30,386 nucleotides of DNA from Candidatus Methylomirabilota bacterium (lineage in GTDB: Bacteria > Methylomirabilota > Methylomirabilia > Rokubacteriales > CSP1-6): positions 1 through 30,386 of the forward strand of contig JBKPAK010000025.1 in the NCBI GenBank assembly GCA_046726415.1, read 5' to 3'. Under the pieces are notes generated by a model that worked only from the letters and a program-made list of their open reading frames with translations, did no database searches and was not told the DNA's origin. Position numbers and translations under genes: made by a program. Numbering within the stretch: the stretch's first letter is position 1; every line of letters begins with the position of its first letter. Of the stretch, positions 10,972-20,679 are shown piece by piece.

Positions 10972-12527
10972 CCATCGGCCTTCTCTCCGCCGTCACGTTC
11001 CTGCCCCTCCTCGGCGCCGTCGGCCTGGCCTGTGTCCCCCGCCGTGCAGAGCGGGAGATCCGGATGGGCGCGCTGATCGTTTCGCTGGTCACCTTCGCCC
11101 TATCGATGCCCCTCTACTTCGGCTTCGACGGAGAGCAGGTGGACTACCAGTTCGTCGAGGACGCGCGGTGGATGCCCGCACTGGGCATAGGCTATCACCT
11201 GGGCATCGACGGCATCAGCCTCCTGCTCGTGCTCCTCACGACATTCCTCATGCCGATTGCGCTGGCCTCGGCCTGGCACGCCGTCGAGGATCGCGTGAAG
11301 GAATTCGCGCTCACCATGCTCGTGCTGGAGACGGGCATGCTGGGTGTCTTCGTCAGCCTCGACCTCTTCCTCTTCTACGTGTTCTGGGAAGCCATGCTCG
11401 TCCCGATGTACCTCATCATCGGGGTGTGGGGCGGGACTCGTCGGGTGTACGCCGCGATCAAGTTCGTCCTCTACACGCTGGTGGGATCGCTGCTCATGCT
11501 GGTGGCCATCCTCGCCCTCTACTTCCAGCACGGCAGCGCCACTGGCGTGTACACCTTTGATCTGCCCGTCCTGGCGCGCTGGATCACGCCGCCCGGGGTC
11601 GGCCAGAATCTCATGTTCCTCGCCTTTGCCCTCGCCTTCGCCATCAAGGTGCCGCTCTTTCCCTTTCACACGTGGTTGCCCGATGCCCACGTGGAGGCGC
11701 CCACTCCGGGCAGCGTGGTCCTGGCCGGCGTCCTACTCAAAATGGGGACGTACGGCTTCCTGCGCTTCTGTCTGCCCCTGTTCTCCGACGCCAGCGTGAC
11801 ATTCGGACCGTTGGTGTTCGCCCTCGCCGTCATCGGCATCATCTACGGCGCCTGTGTCTGCACCGTCCAGCCCGACCTCAAAAAACTCGTCGCCTACTCC
11901 AGCGTGAGCCACCTGGGCTTCGTCATGGTGGGGATTTTCACGCTCACTCCGCAGGGCCTGGTGGGCAGCGTCATTCAGATGGTCAACCACGGCCTCTCCA
12001 CCGGCGCCCTCTTCCTCATGGTTGGCATGATCTACGAGCGTCGCCACACTAGGCTCATCAGCGACTTCGGTGGGCTCTGGAAAGTCGTGCCGGCCTTTTC
12101 GGCCCTCTTCCTGCTCGTGTCCCTCTCCTCCCTGGGGCTGCCGGGCCTGAACGGGTTCGTGGGCGAGTTCCTCATCTTGCTTGGCACCTTCCAGGTCAAC
12201 CGTCCCGTGGCCGTCCTGGCCGCCACCGGCATCATCCTAGCCGCCGTCTACATGCTATGGATGTACCAGCGGGTGATCTTCGGGGAGATCACCCACGAGG
12301 AAAATCAGCGCCTGCGCGACCTCACGCCCCGGGAGTGGGCCGTGCTCCTCCCCGTGGTGCTGTTCATCGTGTGGATCGGCGTCTACCCCATCGCCTTCAC
12401 GGGGAAGACGGAGGCTTCGGTGCAGGCGCTCATCGCGGAAGTCGAGAGCAAGGTGGGCGTGAGCCGGGCGTTCTCCCCGGTCCGGCTGGCCACCGACAAG
12501 AGCCCAGGCCCCGCGGTGGCGCGCTAG
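10968..12527 (+). CDS. nuoM: NADH-quinone oxidoreductase subunit M
   Basis: GIDGIS, FYVFWEAML, IKVPLFPFHTWLPDAHVEAP, LKMGTYG, AYSSVSHLG, GLPGLNGFVGEF. Confidence 0.96.
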
Positions 12528-13982
12528 GTGGACGGCGTTCCCGCCCCGCCCATCGCCCTCGGCGCCCTGGCGCCGGCCCTCGTGGTGTTCGGGGCGGCGC
12601 TTCTCGCCCTGGCGCTCGATCTGCTGCCGCCACGGACGTCCAAGGATCACGTGGGCAGCGTGGCTCTGGCCGGGGTGGTGGCGGCCTTGGTGGTGAGCGT
12701 GCTGCGCTGGGGAAGCGACGAGCGCGGCTTCTCCGACATGATCGTGCTCGACAACTACGCCCTGTTCTTCAACGTCGTCATCTGCTACGCCGCTGCCCTG
12801 GTGCTGTTGCTGTCTCTCGACTACCTGCGTCGCACCGGGGCCGAGAGCGGCGAGTACTACGGGCTCCTCCTATTCTCCACGTCGGGCATGATGCTGCTGG
12901 CCTCGGCCAACGACCTCATCATGGTCTTCCTGGCCATCGAGCTGATGTCGCTGTCGCTCTACGTCATGGCCGGGATCTTCAAGACCAGGTTGACCTCGAG
13001 CGAGGCGTCCATGAAGTACTTTCTGCTGGGCGCGTTCGCCTCGTCGTTCCTGCTCTACGGTATCGCCCTTATCTACGGCGCCACCGGCAGCACCAACTTC
13101 GAGCGCATCGCCGCGGCCGTGGTCGGCGTGCCTCTCTCGCCCATGTTCCTGGGGGGGGTCGGGCTGATGCTGGTGGGCTTCGGCTTCAAGATCTCGGCGG
13201 TACCGTTCCATATGTGGGCCCCCGACGTGTACGAGGGCGCTCCCACCAGCGTCTCCGCCCTCATCGCCACCGGCTCCAAGGCCGCCGCCTTCGCCGCCCT
13301 CATCCGCCTGCTCGGGGGTGCTCTGCGCATCGCGCAGCCGGATGCCAGCGCCATCCTCTGGATCCTGGCCGCAGTGACTATGACCGTCGGCAACGTGGTG
13401 GCGCTGGCTCAGTCCAACCTCAAGCGGATGCTCGCGTACTCCTCCGTCGCCCACGTCGGCTACATGCTGGTAGGGCTCGTCGCCGGCGGCGCCGTCGGGG
13501 CGAGCGCCGTGCTCTTTTATCTTCTGGCCTACGTGTTCACCACGGGCGGAGCCTTCGGCGCCATCCTTCTGTGCGAGCGCGGCCGCGAGGAAGCCGTCGA
13601 CGTCGGGGACTACGCGGGGTTGGCTCGACGCCATCCGCTGCTGGCCGCCGCGCTGACGCTCTTCCTTCTCTCGCTGGTCGGCATTCCGCCCCTGGCCGGC
13701 TTCTTCGCAAAGTTCTACGTGTTCGGCTCCGCCGTGCGGTCCGGCTACTTGTGGCTGGCCGTCATCGCCGTGCTGAATTCGGCGGTGGCGGCGTACTACT
13801 ACCTCCGCGTGATCGTCTACATGTACATGCGCGAGGCGGACGGTGAGGGCGCCGTCTACGCGCCGTCGTTCGCGGGCAGCCTCGCCCTCGTCATCGCCGT
13901 CGTCGGCATCGTGCTCCTCGGCGTGGTGCCCGCGCCCTTCGTGGATCTCGCCCAGGCGGCCGTCTCTCCGCTCTTCCGGTAA
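12528..13982 (+). CDS. nuoN: NADH-quinone oxidoreductase subunit N
   Basis: IELMSLSLY, EASMKYFLLG, FKISAVPFHMWAPDVYEGAP, KRMLAYSS, GIPPLAGFFAKF, YYYLR. Confidence 0.96.
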   Translation: MDGVPAPPIALGALAPALVVFGAALLALALDLLPPRTSKDHVGSVALAGVVAALVVSVLRWGSDERGFSDMIVLDNYALFFNVVICYAAALVLLLSLDYLRRTGAESGEYYGLLLFSTSGMMLLASANDLIMVFLAIELMSLSLYVMAGIFKTRLTSSEASMKYFLLGAFASSFLLYGIALIYGATGSTNFERIAAAVVGVPLSPMFLGGVGLMLVGFGFKISAVPFHMWAPDVYEGAPTSVSALIATGSKAAAFAALIRLLGGALRIAQPDASAILWILAAVTMTVGNVVALAQSNLKRMLAYSSVAHVGYMLVGLVAGGAVGASAVLFYLLAYVFTTGGAFGAILLCERGREEAVDVGDYAGLARRHPLLAAALTLFLLSLVGIPPLAGFFAKFYVFGSAVRSGYLWLAVIAVLNSAVAAYYYLRVIVYMYMREADGEGAVYAPSFAGSLALVIAVVGIVLLGVVPAPFVDLAQAAVSPLFR

Positions 13983-14009
13983 GAGGTTTCGCGCAGGGGG
14001 CGATCAGTG

Positions 14010-14843
14010 ATGCTGGATCGTGGTCCAGGCTCCGTGGGCGCTCACGGCAAGGAAGGCGCCCGGCGGTTCGTCCTGCCGCATCGCGGATGGCTCTTCGACC
14101 TCGATGGCACCGTGTACGTGGGCGATGCCCTCATCCCGGGCGCGGCCACGACCATCGGGGCGCTGCGGGAGGCCGGACGCCGCGTGGCCTTCCTGTCCAA
14201 CAACCCGCTGCAGTCGCCGGCGGAGTACGCCTGGAAGCTGATGCGGCTCGGCATTCCCGCCACCGGAGATGACGTCATCACGAGCTCGGTCGTGCTGGCT
14301 CGTCACCTGGCTCGCCTGGACCCCGGGGCTCCGGTCTTCGTCATCGGTGAGATCTCCTTGATCGCCGCGCTGAGGGCGGCCGGTCTCGAGCCGCGATCCG
14401 ACGCACACGTGCGCTGGGTGGTCATCTCCTTCGATCGCACCTTCGATTACGACAAGCTCAACGTCGCGCTCCAGGCGGTGACCCGGCACGAGGCCCATCT
14501 CATCGCCACCAATCCCGACCGGACGTGTCCGGTCGACGGGGGCGAGATACCGGACTGCGCGGGGATGATCGCCGCGGTGGAAGCGGTGACTGATCGAAAG
14601 GTGGACATCGTGGTCGGGAAGCCGTCGCCCATCATGCTGGAGGAGGCGCTAGAGGTCGTGGCGCTGCCCGCTGGTCAGTGCGCCATCGTGGGGGATCGCC
14701 TCGACACCGACATCGCCATGGGCAAGCGACAGGGCATGGGAACCGTGCTCGTACTCACGGGCATCACGCGGTCCGGCGACCCGCGCATCGGAGAAGTGGC
14801 TCCGGACGTCGTGCTACCATCCATCCGAGACGTGGTGTCATGA
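14010..14843 (+). CDS. HAD-IIA (NagD-like) phosphatase
   Basis: FDLDGTVY, LSNN, IATNPD, VGKPS, VGDRLDTDI. Exact start uncertain. Confidence 0.92.
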   Translation: MLDRGPGSVGAHGKEGARRFVLPHRGWLFDLDGTVYVGDALIPGAATTIGALREAGRRVAFLSNNPLQSPAEYAWKLMRLGIPATGDDVITSSVVLARHLARLDPGAPVFVIGEISLIAALRAAGLEPRSDAHVRWVVISFDRTFDYDKLNVALQAVTRHEAHLIATNPDRTCPVDGGEIPDCAGMIAAVEAVTDRKVDIVVGKPSPIMLEEALEVVALPAGQCAIVGDRLDTDIAMGKRQGMGTVLVLTGITRSGDPRIGEVAPDVVLPSIRDVVS

Positions 14844-16462
14844 CGGGGCGCGAGGCGTTCGTCGACGGAGATTTCGACGTCGTCATCGTCGGAGGCGGCA
14901 TGGCGGGCGCCGGCATCGCGCGGGACCTCGCCGGCCGCGCCGTCTCGGTCGCTCTGGTGGACAAGGGGGACTTCGCCTCCGGCACCACGTCCCGTTCCTC
15001 CAAGCTGATCCACGGTGGCCTGCGTTATCTCGAACTGTTCGACTTCAGCCTGGTGCGGGAATCGCTGCGCGAGCGCGAGACGTTGCAGCAGCTGGCTCCC
15101 CATCTGGTGCGCCCGTTGCCATTCCTGGTGCCGATCTATCGCCACTCGTCGCGCAGTTTGATCAAGGTCCGGATCGGCATGAAGCTCTACGATTGGCTCA
15201 CGCCCGGGCGGGAGCGCGAGCGGTACCGCGTGCTCGGTGCCCGCGAAGCCCTCAGCCTTGAGCCGGCCATCCGAGCCGACGGGCTGCGCGGGGCCGGCTA
15301 CTATTTCGACGATCTCCTCGTGTATCCCGAGCGCCTGTGCTTGGAAAACGCGCTCTCGGCCCGACGCCGCGGAGCCCGCGTGATCAACTATGCGGAGGTC
15401 GAGGAGGTGATGCGCGGGGCCGGCGGCGCCCCGGCCGGCGTCCGAGTGCGCGATCTGCTCACGGGGCGGGTGGTTGCGCTGCGCGCACGCGTCCTGGTCA
15501 ACGCCACCGGGCCGTGGGCCGATCAGTTTCGCTCGTTGGCGGGGGTGTCGGAGCGGGGGCGGAGCATCGTCCGGAGGACCAAGGGGATTCACTGCCTGCT
15601 TCCGCGCCTCACCGCGCGCGCCGTCTATCACAGCACGGCGGACGATCGGATGATTTTCGTCATCCCGTGGCGGGACTTCTCGCTGGTGGGGACGACCGAC
15701 ACCGACTTCGATGGCGATCTGGACCGCGTGCACGCCACGCGCGATGAGGTCGTGTACCTGCTCGAGGAGGTTCGCCGCGCGCTGCCCGATCCACGGGTGC
15801 GGCCCGAAGAAGTGCTCTACACCTACGCGGGTGTGCGCCCGCTCAGCTTCGAGGAAGGCGCGCGCGCGTCCGACGTCTCCCGGGAGCACAAGATCGTCGA
15901 CGAGGAAGGCGGGCGCTTCCTGTCCATCACCGGGACCAAGCTCACGTGTTTTCGGAGTCTCGCCGAGGAGGTCGGCGATCGCGTGGTGCGGACTCTGGGA
16001 CGAGGAACGGCCAGCCAGACCGCACGACGCAGCTTGGACGGCGCCGACGAGGACGTAGGGATGGTGGAAGGGCGGGCGTGGCTCGACGTCTCGCCGGAGG
16101 CGGCCACGTCCGGTCTCAGCCGCGCGGCGCTGGAAACCCTGGTGGGCCTGTATGGGCGCGGATACAGCGGCGTGGTGACCCTGGCCGGGAAGCTGGCCGA
16201 CGGAGCGGAGCCGCTCTGTCCGAGCAATCCCGACGTCGTGGCGCAGCTGCACCGGGCCGTGCAGGACGAGATGGCGGTGTCGCTGCAGGATGTCCTGCTG
16301 CGGCGCACCGGCATCGGCACCAGCGCCTGCCAGGGACTGGATTGCGCGGCGGCCATCGGACGGCGCATGAGGAGCCTTCTGAGCTGGTCGCCGCGCCGCC
16401 TCGACGCCGAGCTCGAGGCGTACCACGCACACGTCGCCCGCTCGCACCGGTTCAAGGCGTAA
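14840..16462 (+). CDS. glpD: FAD-dependent glycerol-3-phosphate dehydrogenase
   Basis: ATGA overlap with the HAD gene. GGGMAGAG, DFASGTTSRSSKLIHGGLRYLE, NATGPW, KGIH, GTTD, AGVRPL, SREH, GTKLT. Confidence 0.93.
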   Translation: MTGREAFVDGDFDVVIVGGGMAGAGIARDLAGRAVSVALVDKGDFASGTTSRSSKLIHGGLRYLELFDFSLVRESLRERETLQQLAPHLVRPLPFLVPIYRHSSRSLIKVRIGMKLYDWLTPGRERERYRVLGAREALSLEPAIRADGLRGAGYYFDDLLVYPERLCLENALSARRRGARVINYAEVEEVMRGAGGAPAGVRVRDLLTGRVVALRARVLVNATGPWADQFRSLAGVSERGRSIVRRTKGIHCLLPRLTARAVYHSTADDRMIFVIPWRDFSLVGTTDTDFDGDLDRVHATRDEVVYLLEEVRRALPDPRVRPEEVLYTYAGVRPLSFEEGARASDVSREHKIVDEEGGRFLSITGTKLTCFRSLAEEVGDRVVRTLGRGTASQTARRSLDGADEDVGMVEGRAWLDVSPEAATSGLSRAALETLVGLYGRGYSGVVTLAGKLADGAEPLCPSNPDVVAQLHRAVQDEMAVSLQDVLLRRTGIGTSACQGLDCAAAIGRRMRSLLSWSPRRLDAELEAYHAHVARSHRFKA

Positions 16463-16503
16463 CGGCCACGTCGTGCACGCGTCACCGGTGCGGGATGCGG
16501 CTG

Positions 16504-16512
16504 TGCTATAGT
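16504..16512 (+). promoter_or_regulatory. Extended -10 (TGcTATAGT) for ugpBAE
   Basis: Located in the intergenic gap after glpD. An AGGAGG RBS precedes ATG16584. Confidence 0.55.
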
Positions 16513-16583
16513 CGGCCGGACCGTCGAGAAGATAGACGGCCCCCCATCCCCTCGTTCACGGGCGTCGGGTCCAGGAGGACATC

Positions 16584-17906
16584 ATGCACAGCGTCATCAA
16601 GCGCGCGGCCGGCGTGGTCGCCGTCACCGCGCTCGTCCTGCTCGCGGTACCTGCCGGCCCCCAGACCAAGACGGAGATCAACTTCTGGCACGCCATGGGG
16701 GGCCAGCTCGGCGAGACGGTGAGCGAGCTGGTGAAGCAATTCAACCAGAGCCAGGGCGACTACGAGGTCAAAGCCCTCAACAAGGGGACGTACCCCGAGG
16801 TGCTCACCTCGGCCATCGCCGCCTACCGGCAGAAGAATCCGCCGCACATCGTGCAGGTCTTCGAGGTGGGCACGCAGACGATGCTCCTGTCGGGCGCCGT
16901 CGTTCCGGTTCACGATCTGATGAAGCAACAGGAGGTCGCCGTCAACTGGGACGACTTCATCGGACCGGTCACCGGGTACTACTCGAAAGACGGCAAGCTC
17001 TACTCCATGCCGTTCAACTCGTCGAGCCCGATCCTCTATTACAACAAGGACGCCTTCAAGAAGGCTGGGCTCGGCGACAAGCCGCCGGCCACCTGGAAGG
17101 AGGTGGAGGCCGCCTCCAAGAAGATCGTGACCGCCGGCGCCGCCAAGTGCGGCTTCACCACGTCGTGGCCGTCCTGGACGATGCTGGAGAACACGTTCGC
17201 GTGGCACAACCAGCCGTTCGCCACCAACGACAACGGCTACAAAGGCCTCGACACCAAGCTGCTCATCAACGGCGACTTCGGCCTCATGCACATCGGAACC
17301 CTGGCCAAGTGGCAGAAGGAGAACATTTACTCGTACGGCGGGCGGGGGGGGTCCCCGGATCCGAAGTTCATCAACGGCGACTGTGCCATGCTCGTGCAGT
17401 CGTCGGCGGTCATCGGGGGCTTCAAGAAGTCCATCAAGTTTGACTGGGGGACCGGACAGCTCCCGAACTGGGGGGCCCCATACAAGAAGCAGAACACCAT
17501 CGTGGGAGGGGCCACCCTCTGGGTGATGAAGGGCCAGAAGCCGGGCGACTACAAGGGGGTCGCGCGATTCATGAAATTCATCGCCGAGCCTCACCAGCAG
17601 ATGTGGTGGGCGGTCACCACCGGCTATGTACCCATCACCAAGACGGCGGTGAAGAACCTGGAGGACGGATACTTCTTCAAGAAGAGTCCCGAGCAGTGGA
17701 CGGCCATGAGCGAGTTGCTGAACGCCAAGCCCACGCCCAACAGCCTGGGGATCCGGCTCGGCAACTTCGTCCAGATCCGCGACGGCATCGAGGCGGAGCT
17801 GGAGAATATCTTCGCCGGCAAGAAGACGGCCAAGGAAGGGCTCGACGCCGCCGTGGCCAAGGGCAACGAGATCCTCAAGGAGTTCGCGGCCGCCAACAAG
17901 CAATAG
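16584..17906 (+). CDS. ugpB: sn-glycerol-3-phosphate ABC transporter substrate-binding protein
   Basis: Signal peptide, FWHAMGG, FNQSQ, KGTY, AIAAYR, QVFEVGT, SMPFNSSSPILYYNKDAFKKAG, GGATLWV, GIRLGN. Confidence 0.95.
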   Translation: MHSVIKRAAGVVAVTALVLLAVPAGPQTKTEINFWHAMGGQLGETVSELVKQFNQSQGDYEVKALNKGTYPEVLTSAIAAYRQKNPPHIVQVFEVGTQTMLLSGAVVPVHDLMKQQEVAVNWDDFIGPVTGYYSKDGKLYSMPFNSSSPILYYNKDAFKKAGLGDKPPATWKEVEAASKKIVTAGAAKCGFTTSWPSWTMLENTFAWHNQPFATNDNGYKGLDTKLLINGDFGLMHIGTLAKWQKENIYSYGGRGGSPDPKFINGDCAMLVQSSAVIGGFKKSIKFDWGTGQLPNWGAPYKKQNTIVGGATLWVMKGQKPGDYKGVARFMKFIAEPHQQMWWAVTTGYVPITKTAVKNLEDGYFFKKSPEQWTAMSELLNAKPTPNSLGIRLGNFVQIRDGIEAELENIFAGKKTAKEGLDAAVAKGNEILKEFAAANKQ

Positions 17907-17922
17907 CTCGCGGCCGCCGGGG

Positions 17923-18804
17923 ATGAAGCGCACGGTCTTCAAGCACCGAGGGTTGCCGTACGTGCTGGTGCTCCCGCAGCTCCTGGTGACCCTGGTCTTC
18001 TTCATCTGGCCCGCCTTCGAGTCGCTGCGGCTCAGCCTGTACCGCACGTCGCCCTTCGGGGACCGAACCTTTTTCGTGGGGCTCGACAACTTCGCGAAGC
18101 TGCTCGCCGCACCGGAGTATTACCAGGCGATCGTGGCGTCCGTCGTCTTCGCCATCGGCGTGACCGCGCTCGGAATCGGGGGCGGTCTCTTGGTAGCGGC
18201 CCTGGCCACCCAGAACGTCCGCGGCCTGACCGCCTACCGGACAGCCGTGCTGTGGCCCTACGGCATCGCGCCTCCGGTGGCCGGGATCATCTTCCTCTTT
18301 ATGTTCCATCCGTCGTACGGCGTGCTGCCCTACTGGCTGTCGTTCGTGACCTCCTACGACTTCAATTGGTTCCTCAAGGGCTGGGTGGCCATGCTGCTGG
18401 TGATTCTCGCCACGGCCTGGACGCACGTGGGGTACAACATCGCCTTCTTCCTGGCTGGGCTCCTGGCCATTCCCCGCTCGGTGCTGGAAGCGGCCAGCGT
18501 GGACGGCGCCGGTCCGGTGCGCCGCTTCCGGTCGATCGTGCTGCCCCTTCTCTCGCCCATCACGTTCTACCTGATGGTGGTGAACCTGATCTTTTCCTTC
18601 TTCGGCTCCTTCGGCGTCATCGATGCCGTGACGAAGGGGGGGCCGGGGGGCGCCACCGAGATCCTCGTCTACAAGGTCTACAAGGACGGTTTCATTGGTC
18701 TGAATCTCGGGTCCTCGGCGGCGCAGTCGGTCATCCTCATGCTCGTGGTGATCGCCCTCACCGCCCTGCAGTTCCGCTTCGTCGAGAAGAAGGTCACGTA
18801 TTGA
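17923..18804 (+). CDS. ugpA: Glycerol-3-phosphate ABC permease
   Basis: LPQL...FFIWPA, PFG..FVGLDNF, EAASVDGAG, T.GGP..AT..LVYKVY.DGF, SSAAQSVILM. Confidence 0.93.
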   Translation: MKRTVFKHRGLPYVLVLPQLLVTLVFFIWPAFESLRLSLYRTSPFGDRTFFVGLDNFAKLLAAPEYYQAIVASVVFAIGVTALGIGGGLLVAALATQNVRGLTAYRTAVLWPYGIAPPVAGIIFLFMFHPSYGVLPYWLSFVTSYDFNWFLKGWVAMLLVILATAWTHVGYNIAFFLAGLLAIPRSVLEAASVDGAGPVRRFRSIVLPLLSPITFYLMVVNLIFSFFGSFGVIDAVTKGGPGGATEILVYKVYKDGFIGLNLGSSAAQSVILMLVVIALTALQFRFVEKKVTY

Positions 18805-19697
18805 GCGCCGACGCCACCCTCGCCGCCGCCCGCACCGAGACCCTGCCGGCGACCCTGACCTGGAAGCGGCGCCGGCCATTCCCCTGGGGCCGCCTCATCG
18901 TCCACGTGCTCCTGCTGGCCTGCGTGGCCGTCATCGCCTTTCCGCTCTACTACGCCCTCATCATCTCCACGCAAACGATCGACGAAGTCGTCGCGCGGCC
19001 GCCCATCCTCACGCCGTCGGGAAACACGGTGGCCAACTATCAGGACGCGTGGCGGCGGTCGCACATGGGCCGTCTGCTCTGGAACAGCAGCGTGGTGGCC
19101 CTGGTCTCCTCGGTGGGCAAGATCGCCATCTCCATCCTGTCCGCCTTCGCCATCGTCTACTTCAATTTCCGCGGCAAGTCCGTCGTCTTCTGGATGATCC
19201 TGATCACCTTGATGCTGCCGGTGGAAGTGCGGATCATGTCGACGTACGAGGTGATCGGGAATCTCGGCTGGTTGAACACGTACTGGGGGCTCACCATCCC
19301 CCTCATGGCGTCCGCCACCGCCACCTTCCTGTTCCGCCAGTTCTACCAGACGGTGCCGAACGAACTGGCCGAGGCCGCCCAGATCGACGGGGCGGGCGCC
19401 CTGCGGTTCCTGTGGTCGTTTCTCCTGCCGCTCTCCTGGACGAACATCGCCGCCCTGTTCGTCGTGCTCTTCATCTACGGCTGGAACCAGTACCTGTGGC
19501 CGCTCATGATCACCAACACCGAGGCCATGCGGGTGGTCGTCATCGGCCTTCAAGATTTGATTCCGCGCACGGGCACGCACGTCCCGGAGTGGAACGTCAT
19601 GATGGCGGCGGCCATCATGGCCCTGCTGCCCCCGGTCATCGTGATTCTCGTCATGCAGCGCTGGTTCGTGAAGGGCCTGATCGAGAGCGACAAATAG
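18801..19697 (+). CDS. ugpE: Glycerol-3-phosphate ABC permease
   Basis: TTGA overlap. KIAISILSAFAIVYF.F, TLMLPVEVRI, ASATATFLFRQF, EAAQIDGAG, FIYGWNQYLWP, MQRWFVKGL. Confidence 0.93.
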   Translation: MSADATLAAARTETLPATLTWKRRRPFPWGRLIVHVLLLACVAVIAFPLYYALIISTQTIDEVVARPPILTPSGNTVANYQDAWRRSHMGRLLWNSSVVALVSSVGKIAISILSAFAIVYFNFRGKSVVFWMILITLMLPVEVRIMSTYEVIGNLGWLNTYWGLTIPLMASATATFLFRQFYQTVPNELAEAAQIDGAGALRFLWSFLLPLSWTNIAALFVVLFIYGWNQYLWPLMITNTEAMRVVVIGLQDLIPRTGTHVPEWNVMMAAAIMALLPPVIVILVMQRWFVKGLIESDK

Positions 19698-19734
19698 AAT
19701 TCGTGAAGGGCCTGATCGAGAGCGACACATAGAA
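19665..19734 (+). repeat. 35-bp tandem duplication of the ugpE 3' end including the stop codon
   Basis: ttcgtgaagggcctgatcgagagcgacaaatagaa / ttcgtgaagggcctgatcgagagcgacacatagaa, 1 mismatch. Confidence 0.95.
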
Positions 19735-19737
19735 GAG

Positions 19738-20598
19738 ATGCGTGGTGTCCACTACCGGAACTGGGGCTTGGGGGCGGCAGGCCGGGCGCGGGTCCTGGCC
19801 GCTCTGTGGAGCATCGCCACCATGACCTTGGCCTCCGCCCAGGAAGCGAAACCGCTGGTGGCAGCCCACCGGGGTGGCGCGCTCCTGTGGCCGGAAAATA
19901 GCCTCACCGCGTACCGCCAGGCCCTTGCCCTCGGCGCCGACTTCCTCGAGACCGACGTGCACCTCACCGCGGACGACGAGGTCGTCGTCCTGCATGACCC
20001 GACCCTCGACCGCACCACGACCGGGGGAGGGCGCGTGCGCGCCGTGCGACGGGCGGACCTCTCCACGCTGCGTCTGCGCAGTGGGGATGGTGCGGTCACC
20101 CAGGATGCCGTGCCCACGCTGGCGCAGCTGCTCGACCTGCTCGCCGCCAGTCGCGCACGGCTGCTCCTGGAGATCAAGGTCGACGCCGACCGTCAGCGCT
20201 ACCCCGGCATCGAGGAGAAGGTGCTGGGTGTGGTGAACGCCCGTGGCCTGGCTGACCGCGTGGTGGTCATGGCCTTCGAGGCCGAGACCGTCAGGCGCGT
20301 TCGCGCCCTCGATCCCTCCATCCGGGTGGCCCTTCTCGTCGGAAGGGCGCGGGTGGAACGCGAAGGCGTACCGCCGCGCGAGGCCGTGCGCTGGACGCGA
20401 GAGCTCGGAGCGAGCCACCTCGGGATCGACCATCGCGTCCTCGACTCCGGCGTGATGGAGGCGGCGCGGGCGGCGGGCATCTCCGTGGGGGCCTGGACGG
20501 TCAACGACGAGGCGGATCTGCGGCGGGTCATCGCGATCGGGGTCAACCTCGTTGTTTCGGATCGGCCCGACCTCGCTTTGCGCCTCCTCGGCCGCTGA
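19738..20598 (+). CDS. Glycerophosphodiester phosphodiesterase (GDPD), probably exported
   Basis: AHRGG...PENSL, ETDVHLT.D..VVLHD.TLDRTT, VPTL, LEIK, WTVND, SDRPD. Signal-like N-terminus ending ASA-QE. Confidence 0.92.
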   Translation: MRGVHYRNWGLGAAGRARVLAALWSIATMTLASAQEAKPLVAAHRGGALLWPENSLTAYRQALALGADFLETDVHLTADDEVVVLHDPTLDRTTTGGGRVRAVRRADLSTLRLRSGDGAVTQDAVPTLAQLLDLLAASRARLLLEIKVDADRQRYPGIEEKVLGVVNARGLADRVVVMAFEAETVRRVRALDPSIRVALLVGRARVEREGVPPREAVRWTRELGASHLGIDHRVLDSGVMEAARAAGISVGAWTVNDEADLRRVIAIGVNLVVSDRPDLALRLLGR

Positions 20599-20679
20599 GG
20601 GGCGCCTCGGACAATCGGGGAATGTCGCGGCGTGGAGGGGGCGCACCCGGTGCGCTGACCTCTCGATGAGGAGAGCACC

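Noticed and set aside
16517..16580. Riboswitch in the ugpB leader
   Set aside because: Only short 5-bp stems are present and no recognisable aptamer motif. An Rfam scan would be needed.
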